From: an uncultured delta proteobacterium
Lineage (GTDB): Bacteria > Desulfobacterota > Binatia > UBA9968
Reading direction: 5' to 3'
DNA length: 64,000 nucleotides
Assembly: GCA_963727625.1 (NCBI GenBank)
Contig: CAVSHR010000004.1
Location: 128,001-192,000 of the forward strand
Shown: piece by piece, positions 1 to 9,593 of the stretch
Numbering within the stretch: the stretch's first letter is position 1
Layout of the letters: the number at the start of each line of letters is the position of its first letter
Made by a program: the position numbers and the translations under genes
Notes under the pieces: model-generated
What the model was told of the DNA's origin: nothing
The model's input: only the letters and a program-made list of their open reading frames with translations
Databases searched by the model: none

Positions 1-576
1 ACCTTCTATTTAGGTCTGGCTGGCATCGCCGTTATCGCTGTACTCATCCGTTGGGATTTAGGGAATTCAGTGATCACAAATGCTCAGCTCCAGGATCTCG
101 GAAAGCTCCTTCTCGGGTTCAACTTGACCTATGTAGCCATGGTCTGGGCTCAATACATTGTAATCTGGTATGGCAATCTACCGGAAGAAACCCAATTCAT
201 CATTCTTCGGGTTTGGGAAATGCCGTGGGCGCCTCTCTCGTGGGCGGTGCTGGTTATGAGTGTGCTGATTCCGTTTTTGGTTTTTTTAAGCCAGCGGGCA
301 AAGCAGGTGCCATGGGTCATATTTCTGGTAGGCATACTGATTCTCGCGGGGTTGTGGCTGGAGCGGTATGTGCTGGTCGTGCCCTCCTTGTGGAAACGAG
401 GAGGCGCTCCCTTTGGTTGGATCGAAGTGGGAATAACCTTGGGATTTTTGGGTGGCGTCGGGTTGAGCTTTGTTTTCTTTTTGCAAAACTTTCCAGTTGT
501 CCCATTCCATCGACCCTTATTTCTTTCTGAATCCGAACAAGAAAATAAGGTTGTTGAGAATCCTTCCGGAGCATAA
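1..576 (+). CDS. Alternative complex III ActF-like (NrfD-like) membrane subunit, 5' part outside the window
   Basis: Frame is open from base 1. DLGKLLLGF...WAQYIVIWYGNLPEE and WLERYVLVVP match the ActF C-terminal half, and a cytochrome c gene follows. Confidence 0.75.
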   Translation, partial: TFYLGLAGIAVIAVLIRWDLGNSVITNAQLQDLGKLLLGFNLTYVAMVWAQYIVIWYGNLPEETQFIILRVWEMPWAPLSWAVLVMSVLIPFLVFLSQRAKQVPWVIFLVGILILAGLWLERYVLVVPSLWKRGGAPFGWIEVGITLGFLGGVGLSFVFFLQNFPVVPFHRPLFLSESEQENKVVENPSGA

Positions 577-580
577 AATC

Positions 581-1156
581 ATGCATTCCCGCCAAACCGA
601 TATTGCAGACGGATCGGTATCGCGACGCCGCGGTAGCCGAAAGAATTCGAGAACTCGCACGACGAAGCACTTGGGACTGTATTTCCTGGGCGTATTAAGC
701 CTCCTGTTCATGGAGTTTAATCTTGCCTATGGCTGGCCATGGAGCACCGACATGAGTAATCAACCGTCTGTTAGACCTCAGGAAGGGCCGCGAGTTCCGC
801 CGATGCATTCTATCCCAACGCAGGGCAAAGAAGCGGTCATCGACCGGGTTGCGGCTGGAAAGAAATTGCAGAACCCAATAAAGGCGACAAAGACATCCAT
901 AGAAAACGGCAAGCGTTTGTTTCAGATTTACTGCGCGTCTTGCCACGGACCCGAAGCTAAGGGAAATGGCCCGGTTGCCAAAAAATTTGTCCCTCCGCCC
1001 AACTTGACATTAGAGGTGTTTCGTAAACGGCCGGATGGATTTATCTACGAAACCATAAGAAGTGGAGGTCCGATCATGCCAAGTCAGGGGGTAGCACTTC
1101 TCCCAAAGGAACGTTGGGACATCGTCAACTATTTACGGGTTCTTCAGCAACGATAA
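581..1156 (+). CDS. Monoheme cytochrome c, ActE-like
   Basis: CASCH heme motif, N-terminal TM segment, DMSNQPSVRPQE motif and MP...ERWDIVNYLR C-terminus. ATG 581 lies just after the previous stop. Confidence 0.8.
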   Translation: MHSRQTDIADGSVSRRRGSRKNSRTRTTKHLGLYFLGVLSLLFMEFNLAYGWPWSTDMSNQPSVRPQEGPRVPPMHSIPTQGKEAVIDRVAAGKKLQNPIKATKTSIENGKRLFQIYCASCHGPEAKGNGPVAKKFVPPPNLTLEVFRKRPDGFIYETIRSGGPIMPSQGVALLPKERWDIVNYLRVLQQR

Positions 1157-1479
1157 CGTGCGAAAAAGCGAAACCGCGGAATTCCACATGTAGATTGATG
1201 GTTCGCACGGTTCTTTCCGAATAGACCATAACGCTTGTGCGGGACGTAATTGCGTGATGCCAATGTCAAATATTGAATGGCAAGGCAGCACGCAGTCTAC
1301 CGACCCGGATAATTTCCGGTCCCGGGTCTGTGATACCGTGATCGATGAGTTAAAGAGGTTGGCTAATTCATTGGCGTAAGTTCGCATAGTTCAGCTCAAC
1401 GCTACTGCGGCCAGCAGCGGCGTTGCCGGGTTCTTGGGTGCTGAGATTTCCATTTTGGATGGCATGGTGTTAACGCGGA

Positions 1480-1740
1480 TTGGAGACTTACCCATGGCAA
1501 CGCGCCTTTATTCGAACTCACCGTGGCTTTTCATTAATGCTTAGCAAGGTGCAGATCTCGATCTCACTTGATATTTTGGTTCCGGTGATCGCCGGAATTG
1601 TTGTAGTCGTGCGCTATTTGTCAGCGCGCTCGAGATCGAAGCCGTCTGAAGGTACGTTGGAAAATCTCAAACGGCGCTTGGCGCGAGGAAAAATTCTAAA
1701 CGCCGGATTCTAGGAAATTAGGATGGATCTAGATTTGGAA
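1480..1740 (+). pseudogene. Degenerate SHOCT-domain membrane protein
   Basis: TM segment followed by LENLKRRLARGKI...F*EIRMDL, which resembles SHOCT (LEILKERYARGEI..EEFEE) with a premature TAG. Confidence 0.4.
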
Positions 1741-1964
1741 CGCGATACTGACCTACTAGCCGGCTTCGATATCCCGCGGCTTCCCGTATCGATGACTCAC
1801 GCTCCGGAAAATTGTCGAAGAATTAGAAGGCGTTCCCGAACAGCTCCGCAAAGCTCCAATGCTTTTGGCCCGGACGAAACTAGATTTCGATAGAGTTTAA
1901 CTATTTTTTCAACAGCGACGGTAACACGCGCAAGGAAGTTATAGGTATTTTGTTTGGAGGGTAG

Positions 1965-2183
1965 ATGGCGATCTTCGAATCGTTGGCGCAAACGTTGAAA
2001 AAGTTGGCGGTAGGTGATCGGGTCAAGGTTACACTTCGGCCGGAATTGGGACGTTTTCCCAATCCGGTTGAAGGTCATATCACGGAAAAGGATGACGCCG
2101 GAAATTTTTTGCTGGAATCAGGTGGGAGGGATGTTAAAGTCGGCGCCGGCGAGATCCTATCCATTACTAAAATGTCGAGCTAA
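1965..2183 (+). CDS. Small hypothetical protein (possible SH3/Sm-like barrel)
   Basis: GGAGG RBS before the ATG; 72 aa with beta-rich composition. Confidence 0.7.
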   Translation: MAIFESLAQTLKKLAVGDRVKVTLRPELGRFPNPVEGHITEKDDAGNFLLESGGRDVKVGAGEILSITKMSS

Positions 2184-2207
2184 CTCTACGTTCAAACGTT
2201 GTCTCTC

Positions 2208-2438
2208 ATGGCTTCCTGTCAGCACGTCAATTTGGAGCTCTTGCCGATTCGAAAGCGAACCATGCGCTGCCGCCGTTGTCATTTGACCATGGATGGCGCC
2301 GAGCTCGGGGACGGCCATTGTCCCGAGTGTTTCGAAACAACAGGTGTGCGCCGCTATGATTTCGAACAGCTCGACAGCGGCGGAGACGTGGTCACCTATC
2401 GGTGCGAGGAATGCGGCGCGATCATCAAATGTTCCTAA
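2208..2438 (+). CDS. Small zinc-ribbon protein
   Basis: CxH, CRRC, CPEC and CEEC motifs in 76 aa. Confidence 0.75.
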   Translation: MASCQHVNLELLPIRKRTMRCRRCHLTMDGAELGDGHCPECFETTGVRRYDFEQLDSGGDVVTYRCEECGAIIKCS

Positions 2439-2599
2439 AGCGTCGCGACCCCTTGTTCCTGTGCTGAATTGCAATTTCCAGCGCGTGGAAGCCACGCTCC
2501 GAATTCGAGATAGCCTAAAAAATACGCCGGGTTAGAAGGCTGCCGGTGTGGCTGTCAAGCAGGTAACCTTGGCTTGGGAAAGGAACTTCAGTTGCCGTT

Positions 2600-3718
2600 C
2601 TACAACCAAGCCCGGTACATCACTTCCAGGACTTGCCGGGCGACAGCGGGACCATCCATGCCTCTCGCGTGAAGCTCGGCGCAGCAAATTCGCCGGCAAA
2701 AGGCGATGACGGCTTGATTGATGATCATGGCTTTGCCATTCATTGTCGCGTGGCCCGACATACGGCCGTGGCGCAGGAAAACCGTTTCTTCGGGATGATA
2801 GATTAGATCGCAAAAGCCGGTCTGGATTGGAATCGCCTCGACCCGCCGCATAGAAACACGCTGGTTCGATTCGATGTCGCTCTGCGCCGCCTGCCGCCAG
2901 CGGTTTTCGAAATCAACTAGGCCAAACTCACCTTCGGGGAATGACGGTGGATGAGCCGGCGCTAAAGCCGAGTAGGGTTCGAGCAGCGTGGCCATGCCAT
3001 TTGCAAGCCGGCGGATACCGCCCTGGCCTTTGGTCGTGCAGTTGACGATCAGAACAGTTTCCGACGCCCGCTCGATTAAGCCTTCTTCCGTGATCGCCGC
3101 TGCCTGGCCCCCGGCTTTGCAGATTTCCTCCGCGAGTGCGATCGCGTGATCGACCGTCCGGTTGCATATAAACAATTTACCGCCCTCGATCAAGTCGGCA
3201 ACGTGGAAGCCCACGGCTCGGGCTGAACCGCCTGCGCCGAGGAGCAATACGTTGGCTGCCTTTAGCGAGGCCACGAAGGGCCGATCCTGATCCGGCTGTG
3301 GGTTAAGAATGCTTTCGATGAAACCTTCGCCGTCAGTGTTGTAGCCGATCAGTGTCCCATTCGATTCTCGAACGACGGTGTTTACCGCCCCGATGCGCAC
3401 TGCGCCGGGATCGATGTCATCGAGAAAATCCATCACCCGAACTTTATGCGGCACGGTGACGTTTGCACCCAGGAACCGGTCGGAGTCCTTGAGCGCTCCG
3501 ACGAGGTCAGCAAGCATGGTGTCACCGACGTCGAAGGCCAAATAAGTCGCATCCATCCCCAGATGAGCGAACGCGGCGTTCCACAGGGCAGGGCTTTTTG
3601 AATAATGAGACGGGGCGTCGCCGATGATTCCGGCAAAGCGGTTTTCACCGAGGGCGGTAGCCGTGATCGAATTGGATACGCACCGACGAATGGTTTCGAT
3701 GTCTTGCTGAGGTGCCAT
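2600..3718 (-). CDS. aroE: Shikimate dehydrogenase
   Basis: SKSP, GANVTVPHK, GAVNT, GYNTDG, LLGAGGSARA and DLIY motifs. Confidence 0.9.
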   Translation of the reverse strand: MAPQQDIETIRRCVSNSITATALGENRFAGIIGDAPSHYSKSPALWNAAFAHLGMDATYLAFDVGDTMLADLVGALKDSDRFLGANVTVPHKVRVMDFLDDIDPGAVRIGAVNTVVRESNGTLIGYNTDGEGFIESILNPQPDQDRPFVASLKAANVLLLGAGGSARAVGFHVADLIEGGKLFICNRTVDHAIALAEEICKAGGQAAAITEEGLIERASETVLIVNCTTKGQGGIRRLANGMATLLEPYSALAPAHPPSFPEGEFGLVDFENRWRQAAQSDIESNQRVSMRRVEAIPIQTGFCDLIYHPEETVFLRHGRMSGHATMNGKAMIINQAVIAFCRRICCAELHARGMDGPAVARQVLEVMYRAWL

Positions 3719-3784
3719 AGCCGAGTTGAATTACCGTGGCATGGCGGAAAAGATTTGGCAACTATAGAGAAAGCTTGGTACGAC

Positions 3785-5224
3785 TCAGGCAGCTTTCTTG
3801 ATGGAGAACTTGCCGTCGGAGAACATCAGCATGGTATTGCGTTGGTCGACGATGGATTCCATGACGACGCCCCGCCCCCAGAGTTGCTGGACATACTTCA
3901 AAGTTCTTTCGGCGTAATCGAGCTGGAGATCGCGGCCGTCGTGATAATGCTTGAGCAACAACGTGCGGTTGTTGAGATAGTCGGAGTCCTCAACTTTAAT
4001 GACCGGTATCGTCGCGGTCCCGACGTTTTGGATCAGAGTTTCTTTGATCTGGCGCCAGTTATCTTCGTCGGCGACGCGGCTGACCACCTGGTCGTTGCCC
4101 CGGGTCTTGTATTCAAAGAGATTGAGCTCCCGGATCAGCTCTTCGGTCAAGTAACGGCGTAAAAACGAGGCGTCCCGCTCCACGTCGCGCACTTCAAATA
4201 ATTTGTCCATTCCGCTCTTCCGGCGCGGGCCGAATTCCGCGATTTCCGCCGCCGTCGGATTGTCCCAGCGTTTTTGGATATCCTCCCAAACTTTCATGCC
4301 GACATGGTAGGGGTTCAAATCGCCGGCAGAGGGGCGGAGCACTTGGGTGTGGCGGATGATGAACTCCATGTGCAAGCCTTGGGGCAGTTCCAACGCTTCG
4401 ACGATGCGCTTGTGCCAAAAACTGGCCCAGCCTTCGTTCATAATCTTTGTCTCTATTTGCGGCACGAAGTATTGCGCCTGCTTGTGAATGATCGTCAACA
4501 AGTCCTTTTCCCATTCGGACAACTGCGGGTTGTGGTCGCGGATGAAAATTAAGAGGTCCTCATCCGGGTAAAGCGGGACTTTGTTGAAATTCGGCGCGGG
4601 GGGCTCCTTGCGTCGGTGTATGGCGCTGAACGGATCGGCTGGGGGCTCGAATTCCGAAATTTTCATTTCGAGCTCTTCCTCGGCGGTCGGTTTTTTAATC
4701 GCCAAGTTGCGCCGGCACTGCAACGACAGCGCGTGCGCCGCGTCGAGCACCGCTTCGACTTTTTCCAAACCGATGCTGGGATCCTCGACGTAATGACGCA
4801 CGCGATTGGCTTGGTTTTTGAAAGTCTCGATGGTGAATTCGGCGCGGGTGGAACGGAAGGTAAAATTGTTCTTGAAAAAATCGTTGTGGCCATAGACATG
4901 GGCCATCGTCAAGATTTGCAAGGCGAGGCTGTTGTCGCGCATGAGATAGGCGATCGAGGGATTGGAGTTGATGACCATTTCATAGGGCAAACCGCTCACA
5001 CCGTACTCGTAGAGCGTTTTCAATTTTTCGAAGTTCTTGCCGTAGGACCAGTGCGGGTAGTGGGACGGCATGCCGGAGTAAACCATATAGGAAAGCATGT
5101 CGTCGTGATCGCAAATTTCAAATTCTTGGGGAAAGGGGTCGAGGCCGAGGCGCTCGACGAGCGCGAGGATTTTGTCGTTCCAGCGCTCGAGATCTGCGAG
5201 GGTATAATCCACCGACATCTGCAA
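3785..5224 (-). CDS. spoVR: SpoVR/YcgB family protein
   Basis: HWSYGK, YEMVINSNP, AHVYGHNDFFKNN and TKIMNEGWASFWH motifs; operon context. Confidence 0.95.
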   Translation of the reverse strand: MQMSVDYTLADLERWNDKILALVERLGLDPFPQEFEICDHDDMLSYMVYSGMPSHYPHWSYGKNFEKLKTLYEYGVSGLPYEMVINSNPSIAYLMRDNSLALQILTMAHVYGHNDFFKNNFTFRSTRAEFTIETFKNQANRVRHYVEDPSIGLEKVEAVLDAAHALSLQCRRNLAIKKPTAEEELEMKISEFEPPADPFSAIHRRKEPPAPNFNKVPLYPDEDLLIFIRDHNPQLSEWEKDLLTIIHKQAQYFVPQIETKIMNEGWASFWHKRIVEALELPQGLHMEFIIRHTQVLRPSAGDLNPYHVGMKVWEDIQKRWDNPTAAEIAEFGPRRKSGMDKLFEVRDVERDASFLRRYLTEELIRELNLFEYKTRGNDQVVSRVADEDNWRQIKETLIQNVGTATIPVIKVEDSDYLNNRTLLLKHYHDGRDLQLDYAERTLKYVQQLWGRGVVMESIVDQRNTMLMFSDGKFSIKKAA

Positions 5225-5226
5225 AT

Positions 5227-6411
5227 TTAAGCGGCGTCTTCGCGCGCGCGATCCTTGCTCAAAAATATTTTAAACGAGGTCCAAATGTCTTCTTTCTTTT
5301 GGATCAACACCGTCTGAAAGTTGCTTTCCTGGATCTGCGAGAAAAAAGTGACCATGCTGCTGCCGTAATAACCGGCGCCGAGCGGCTTGATTTCGCCGTA
5401 GCCGAACAGGTTTGCCGTGCGGGCAAGCTCCTGCGCGGCCTTGAGAGCGGCCTCATTGTCGGATTCGAAGTTGTCGCCGTCGGAGCAATGAAACACGTAA
5501 ACATTCCAGAGCGCGGGGTGGTAGCGTGCTTCGATGATTTCCAGCGCTTTGTTGTATCCTGAAGAAATGAACGTGCCTCCGGACTCGCCCTTGTGAAAAA
5601 ATTCCTCTTCGCTCACTTCGCGGGCCTCTGTGTGATGGGCGATGAAGACGATTTCGACGTTTTGATAACGGGTGCAAAGGAACTGGTACAAGAGAAAGAA
5701 AAAACTGCGCGCCAAATATTTTTTCATGGTGTCCATGGAGCCGGAGGTGTCCATGATGCAAAGCACCACGGCGTTGGATTCGTTGCGCGTGTCGGTGACC
5801 GTGTGATGATAGCGCAGATCGTCCTGATGAAAGGGAAAACGTCGCCCCGGCGCGACGCCGGGGGATTGCTGCCTGAGCGTGGCCTTTTTGCGCTTGACCC
5901 GCGAGCGGGCGGTGCGTTTTTTGTCCAGACGCACGCGGATTCCCTTGCGGCGAAAGCCTTTTTGGCGAAAAAGTCGCTCGATCTCGATTTGACGCAAGCG
6001 TTTGCGCTCGATGTCGGGCAGTTCGAGATCCTCGAACATCAGCTCGACCAGCTCGTCGAGGCTTACGTCGGTTTCATAGTAATCGACGCCGGGACGGTCG
6101 CCTGCCTGCCGCCCCGATTTTCCCTCTTTGCCTTGGCCTACCACATCCCCGGGCTTAGGATCGCCGTCGCCACCCTCGCCGACGCCGGGAGCGTTCTCGC
6201 CATAGATGAAGCGGTACTCCTTGATGCCGCGGATCGGAACTTTGATGATTCGGTTGCGATCTTTGCCGATAATCGACTCTTCGGCGATGATGTCGGCGAT
6301 ATTATCGCGGATTGCTTCGCGAATCTTTTGCCGATGGCGCAGTCGGTCACCGGCGCTACGATCGCTGCGCTGTGCCGACGATGGGTTGTACGGGCGAAAA
6401 ATGGTAGTCAA
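5227..6411 (-). CDS. yeaH: YeaH/YhbH (DUF444, vWA-like) protein
   Basis: CIMDTSGSM, FIAHHTEA, GESGGT and SDGDN motifs; lies between prkA and spoVR. Confidence 0.93.
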   Translation of the reverse strand: MTTIFRPYNPSSAQRSDRSAGDRLRHRQKIREAIRDNIADIIAEESIIGKDRNRIIKVPIRGIKEYRFIYGENAPGVGEGGDGDPKPGDVVGQGKEGKSGRQAGDRPGVDYYETDVSLDELVELMFEDLELPDIERKRLRQIEIERLFRQKGFRRKGIRVRLDKKRTARSRVKRKKATLRQQSPGVAPGRRFPFHQDDLRYHHTVTDTRNESNAVVLCIMDTSGSMDTMKKYLARSFFFLLYQFLCTRYQNVEIVFIAHHTEAREVSEEEFFHKGESGGTFISSGYNKALEIIEARYHPALWNVYVFHCSDGDNFESDNEAALKAAQELARTANLFGYGEIKPLGAGYYGSSMVTFFSQIQESNFQTVLIQKKEDIWTSFKIFLSKDRAREDAA

Positions 6412-6450
6412 ATCGACACCTACGATCTTATTTCGGGATCCGACTTCCGG

Positions 6451-8385
6451 TTAATCCTTCCATAAATTATTAGCGGCGTACTTGAGCGCTACATCGACGC
6501 AGCTTGGGCAGTAACCGTGCTCGAGCAGGTTTTTGACCATGGCGTCGTATTTCTCGGACTGCTCTTCATCGCGCATGCGCGCTTTGGTAATCACCCGGCT
6601 CAGGTCACGAACGGAAGTGCTTAGTTTTTTCTCGATCGCTTCCTTCAGCGGTTCGTAACTTCGATAGTCGATTTTCTCGGCGCGCCGGTTGGCGGCCCAC
6701 AGATAGGCGATCACTTCCTGGCGAAAACCGTCCGCCGCCGAGCCGATGATCGCAATCTGTTCTTCGATGGACTTCATGAAGCCTTCGTCGGGCGCCAGCT
6801 CTTCTTTGGTGTTGCGGTCTTTGACTTTGCTCTTGTTGACGTAGGCCTCGGCGTGGTCGAGATAGTTTTGGAACAGCGCTTCGGCCTGTTCTTGATAGGA
6901 GTAGACGAAGGCGCGGGTGATCTCTTTTTCGAGGACCTCCAGATATTCCTTGTGCAGCGTATCCTGGAGGAATTCGAGATGCTGTTTGCGCGTGTCGTCG
7001 GAAAGATCGGCTTCCTTGACCATGTTGATCAAAGCCTCGCGGACGTTGATTGCGTTAATGCAGTTGCCTGCCGTGTTGTCTGACAAAGCGTTGTCCAATG
7101 CCTTCATAATGAAGCGGGTGGAAATACCGGTCATGCCTTCCCGTTTGCTGCTGTCGCGCAACTCCTGGACGTCGACTTTTTTCGCCCGGCCTTTCTCAAC
7201 CACTTCCTCGCCGTTGTAGAGCTTGAGTTTGGTCATCAGATCGCACTTGTTGGTTGGCTCTAGCCGGGACAGGATCGCGAACATCGAGGCGATTTCCAAC
7301 GTGTGCGGCGCGACGTGCGCGCGAAAGTCGGAATTGCGGATGATCTTCTGATAAATTTTGACTTCCTCGGACAATCTCAGGTTGTACGGCACCCGCACCA
7401 CGACGATGCGGTCAAGAATGGCTTCGTTGGTGTGGTCCGCCTTAAACTTTTGCCACTCCGCTTCGTTGGAGTGAGCGACGATCACGGTGTCGACGTAAAC
7501 CAGTCCGTGGCGTCCCGGCGCCGGCACCACCTTTTCCTGAGTCGCGGTGATCATGCAGTGCAGATATTCGATCTCGTTCTTAAAGACTTCGATGAACTCG
7601 ACCATGCCCCGATTGCCGATGTTGAGCGCGCCGTTCAGTTCGAGCACGCGCGGGTCCCCCTCGGAATATAAGTCGAGCTTGGAAATATCTTCGCTGCCGA
7701 TCAATACCGAGGTGTCCTGGTTGTTCGGATCCACGGGCGGCACTACGCCGATGCCCACTCGAGCCCGTTTGGAAAACTCCACGGTGACCACGGGAAACTC
7801 TTCATATTTACCGGCATACTCTTGAGTCAGCTTGTACCGGCAGACGGGACAGAGGTCGCCCTCGATGTGGACGCCGAGCATTTTCTCGAACTCCTTGCGC
7901 AGATGGCGCGGAATAAGATGCAAGGGATCCTCAAACATCGGACAACCTTCGATGGCATAGAACGGCTCGCTTTCCTCCAGGCCGCGATGCAGCTTTTCCA
8001 CCAGCGAACTTTTGCCTGAGCCGACTGGACCCATGAGATAGAGTACCTGGCGGCTCTCTTCGCCCTTCAGCGAGGCGGCGTGAAAATAACGGACGATCTG
8101 GGAAACGGTTTTCTCAATGCCGAAGAATTCGTCGGCGAAGAAGTTAAAGAGCTTGATGGATTCGTCTTTGTAGAGCCTTTTGACGCGGGGATCGTTGTTC
8201 TCGTGGATATCGCCCACGCCGGCTTTCATGATCACATCGTACATGCGCGCATGGGCCAGCTTGGTAGTCGTCGGGTCGGCCTTGACTTTTTCCAGATACC
8301 CCAGCAGGTTGCCACGCCAAGAACGCGTTAGGTGCGAGTCCCGATCCTTCTTGATCAGTTGTTCGATTTCCTTGTTATGGTCCAT
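6451..8385 (-). CDS. prkA: PrkA/YeaG AAA+ serine protein kinase
   Basis: Walker A GPVGSGKS, NRGMVEFIEVFK, AHSNEAEW and NEAILDR; GGAGG RBS. Confidence 0.95.
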   Translation of the reverse strand: MDHNKEIEQLIKKDRDSHLTRSWRGNLLGYLEKVKADPTTTKLAHARMYDVIMKAGVGDIHENNDPRVKRLYKDESIKLFNFFADEFFGIEKTVSQIVRYFHAASLKGEESRQVLYLMGPVGSGKSSLVEKLHRGLEESEPFYAIEGCPMFEDPLHLIPRHLRKEFEKMLGVHIEGDLCPVCRYKLTQEYAGKYEEFPVVTVEFSKRARVGIGVVPPVDPNNQDTSVLIGSEDISKLDLYSEGDPRVLELNGALNIGNRGMVEFIEVFKNEIEYLHCMITATQEKVVPAPGRHGLVYVDTVIVAHSNEAEWQKFKADHTNEAILDRIVVVRVPYNLRLSEEVKIYQKIIRNSDFRAHVAPHTLEIASMFAILSRLEPTNKCDLMTKLKLYNGEEVVEKGRAKKVDVQELRDSSKREGMTGISTRFIMKALDNALSDNTAGNCINAINVREALINMVKEADLSDDTRKQHLEFLQDTLHKEYLEVLEKEITRAFVYSYQEQAEALFQNYLDHAEAYVNKSKVKDRNTKEELAPDEGFMKSIEEQIAIIGSAADGFRQEVIAYLWAANRRAEKIDYRSYEPLKEAIEKKLSTSVRDLSRVITKARMRDEEQSEKYDAMVKNLLEHGYCPSCVDVALKYAANNLWKD

Positions 8386-8538
8386 TCCGGCAGCCTCCCT
8401 TGTTCTTGTTCCTACCGATAATAATTGGTGCGCACGCGCCTTTAGGTCGGCAATTCAAACCCACGAACAATGGCAGCGAAAGGTTAAAGCTGGATAAATG
8501 GTGCAAAGCTGGCGAGGATGCTATTTTAAACTCTTGTA

Positions 8539-8625
8539 TCACGTCGCGAATGAAAAACCACCAATCGCAGAGCCTGTGACGAGATCGGATGGGGGCGGGA
8601 CGGGGGAGTATTTTACAGCTTGCAT
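8539..8625 (-). CDS. Candidate 28-aa leader/small peptide MQAVKYSPVPPPSDLVTGSAIGGFSFAT upstream of prkA
   Basis: AAGGAGGT Shine-Dalgarno closely before ATG 8625; same strand as prkA; no homology evidence. Confidence 0.35.
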   Translation of the reverse strand: MQAVKYSPVPPPSDLVTGSAIGGFSFAT

Positions 8626-8886
8626 GCGACCTCCTTTTCACTTTTTGCTGGTGGGCCAGCCATGCGGCTCTTACTCGTTAGACGCCCGAAGGCGAGATGC
8701 TATTCACCTTCTAAACATTTGATTGTATTGCAACGCAAATCGGCACTGTTGTCAAGGTAATTCGGTGTCATCACCCGGCCGGTGCGGGATGAAAATATCC
8801 TGTGTGATTATCTTCCGAAGCGTTGTCTGTTAGAATGGACATAAGGCGCCACCTGCGTGGGAATGCGGGAAGAGACGACAGAGATC

Positions 8887-9411
8887 ATGCGACAAGAAGC
8901 ACTACAAATCGAAGCGGGCATACGATGGTACGCCGTCCGTACCAAGGTCAATCGGGAAAAGGATGTCGAGAAACGGTTCACCGATCTCAAGATTGAGGTC
9001 TTTCTTCCATGGATGCGCACGCGGCGGCGCATCGGAAGCCGGCATCACTGGGTGTTGGCACCGCTGTTTCCCGGCTATATTTTTTGCCATCTGGATATGG
9101 TGGCCTCCGGTAAGGCGGCGCGCTACGCACCGGGTGTGAAGGACTTCCTCACTTTCGGCAGCCGTATCGCGGAAGTGGGCGAGGATATCATCGCGGCCTT
9201 GAAAGAGCGCTGTCCGGGAGGCGTTGCCGAGATCGACCCGCTGAACGCCAAACCGGGCGAGGTCGTGCGCATCAACGAGGGGCCGTTCTCCGGCCTGGAG
9301 GCGATTTTCCAGAGCACCCTCAAAGGCAGCGAACGAGTCGCCGTCTTGCTCGATATTCTCGGCCGCCAAACCCGCATCGTGTTGCCCCGTGAAACCATCG
9401 CCAAGTTATAA
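8887..9411 (+). CDS. RfaH/UpxY-like NusG paralog (transcription antitermination factor)
   Basis: NGN domain (WYAVRTK...PLFPGYIF) plus KOW domain (GEVVRINEGPFSGLEAIF...ERVAVLLDILGR). Confidence 0.85.
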   Translation: MRQEALQIEAGIRWYAVRTKVNREKDVEKRFTDLKIEVFLPWMRTRRRIGSRHHWVLAPLFPGYIFCHLDMVASGKAARYAPGVKDFLTFGSRIAEVGEDIIAALKERCPGGVAEIDPLNAKPGEVVRINEGPFSGLEAIFQSTLKGSERVAVLLDILGRQTRIVLPRETIAKL

Positions 9412-9593
9412 AGTCAGCCAACCGCGATAAATTTGAGCGCGCTGTCGATCCCGCCCGTCCGTGACGGCCCTCGACGCGCTGCGGTTCCGAACGCGTGATA
9501 CAAGGTTTTTGCGGCCACCGCGTTTCTTGACAGTGTTCGTCCCGCCTTGATAAATGCCGTTGCATCCGAGTTGATCTTGCGAGGGGGAAACCT

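Noticed and set aside
5593-6465. Long antisense ORFs (also 23732-24760, 40276-41079, 62565-63398)
   Set aside because: Shadow frames opposite well-supported genes, with no motifs of their own.
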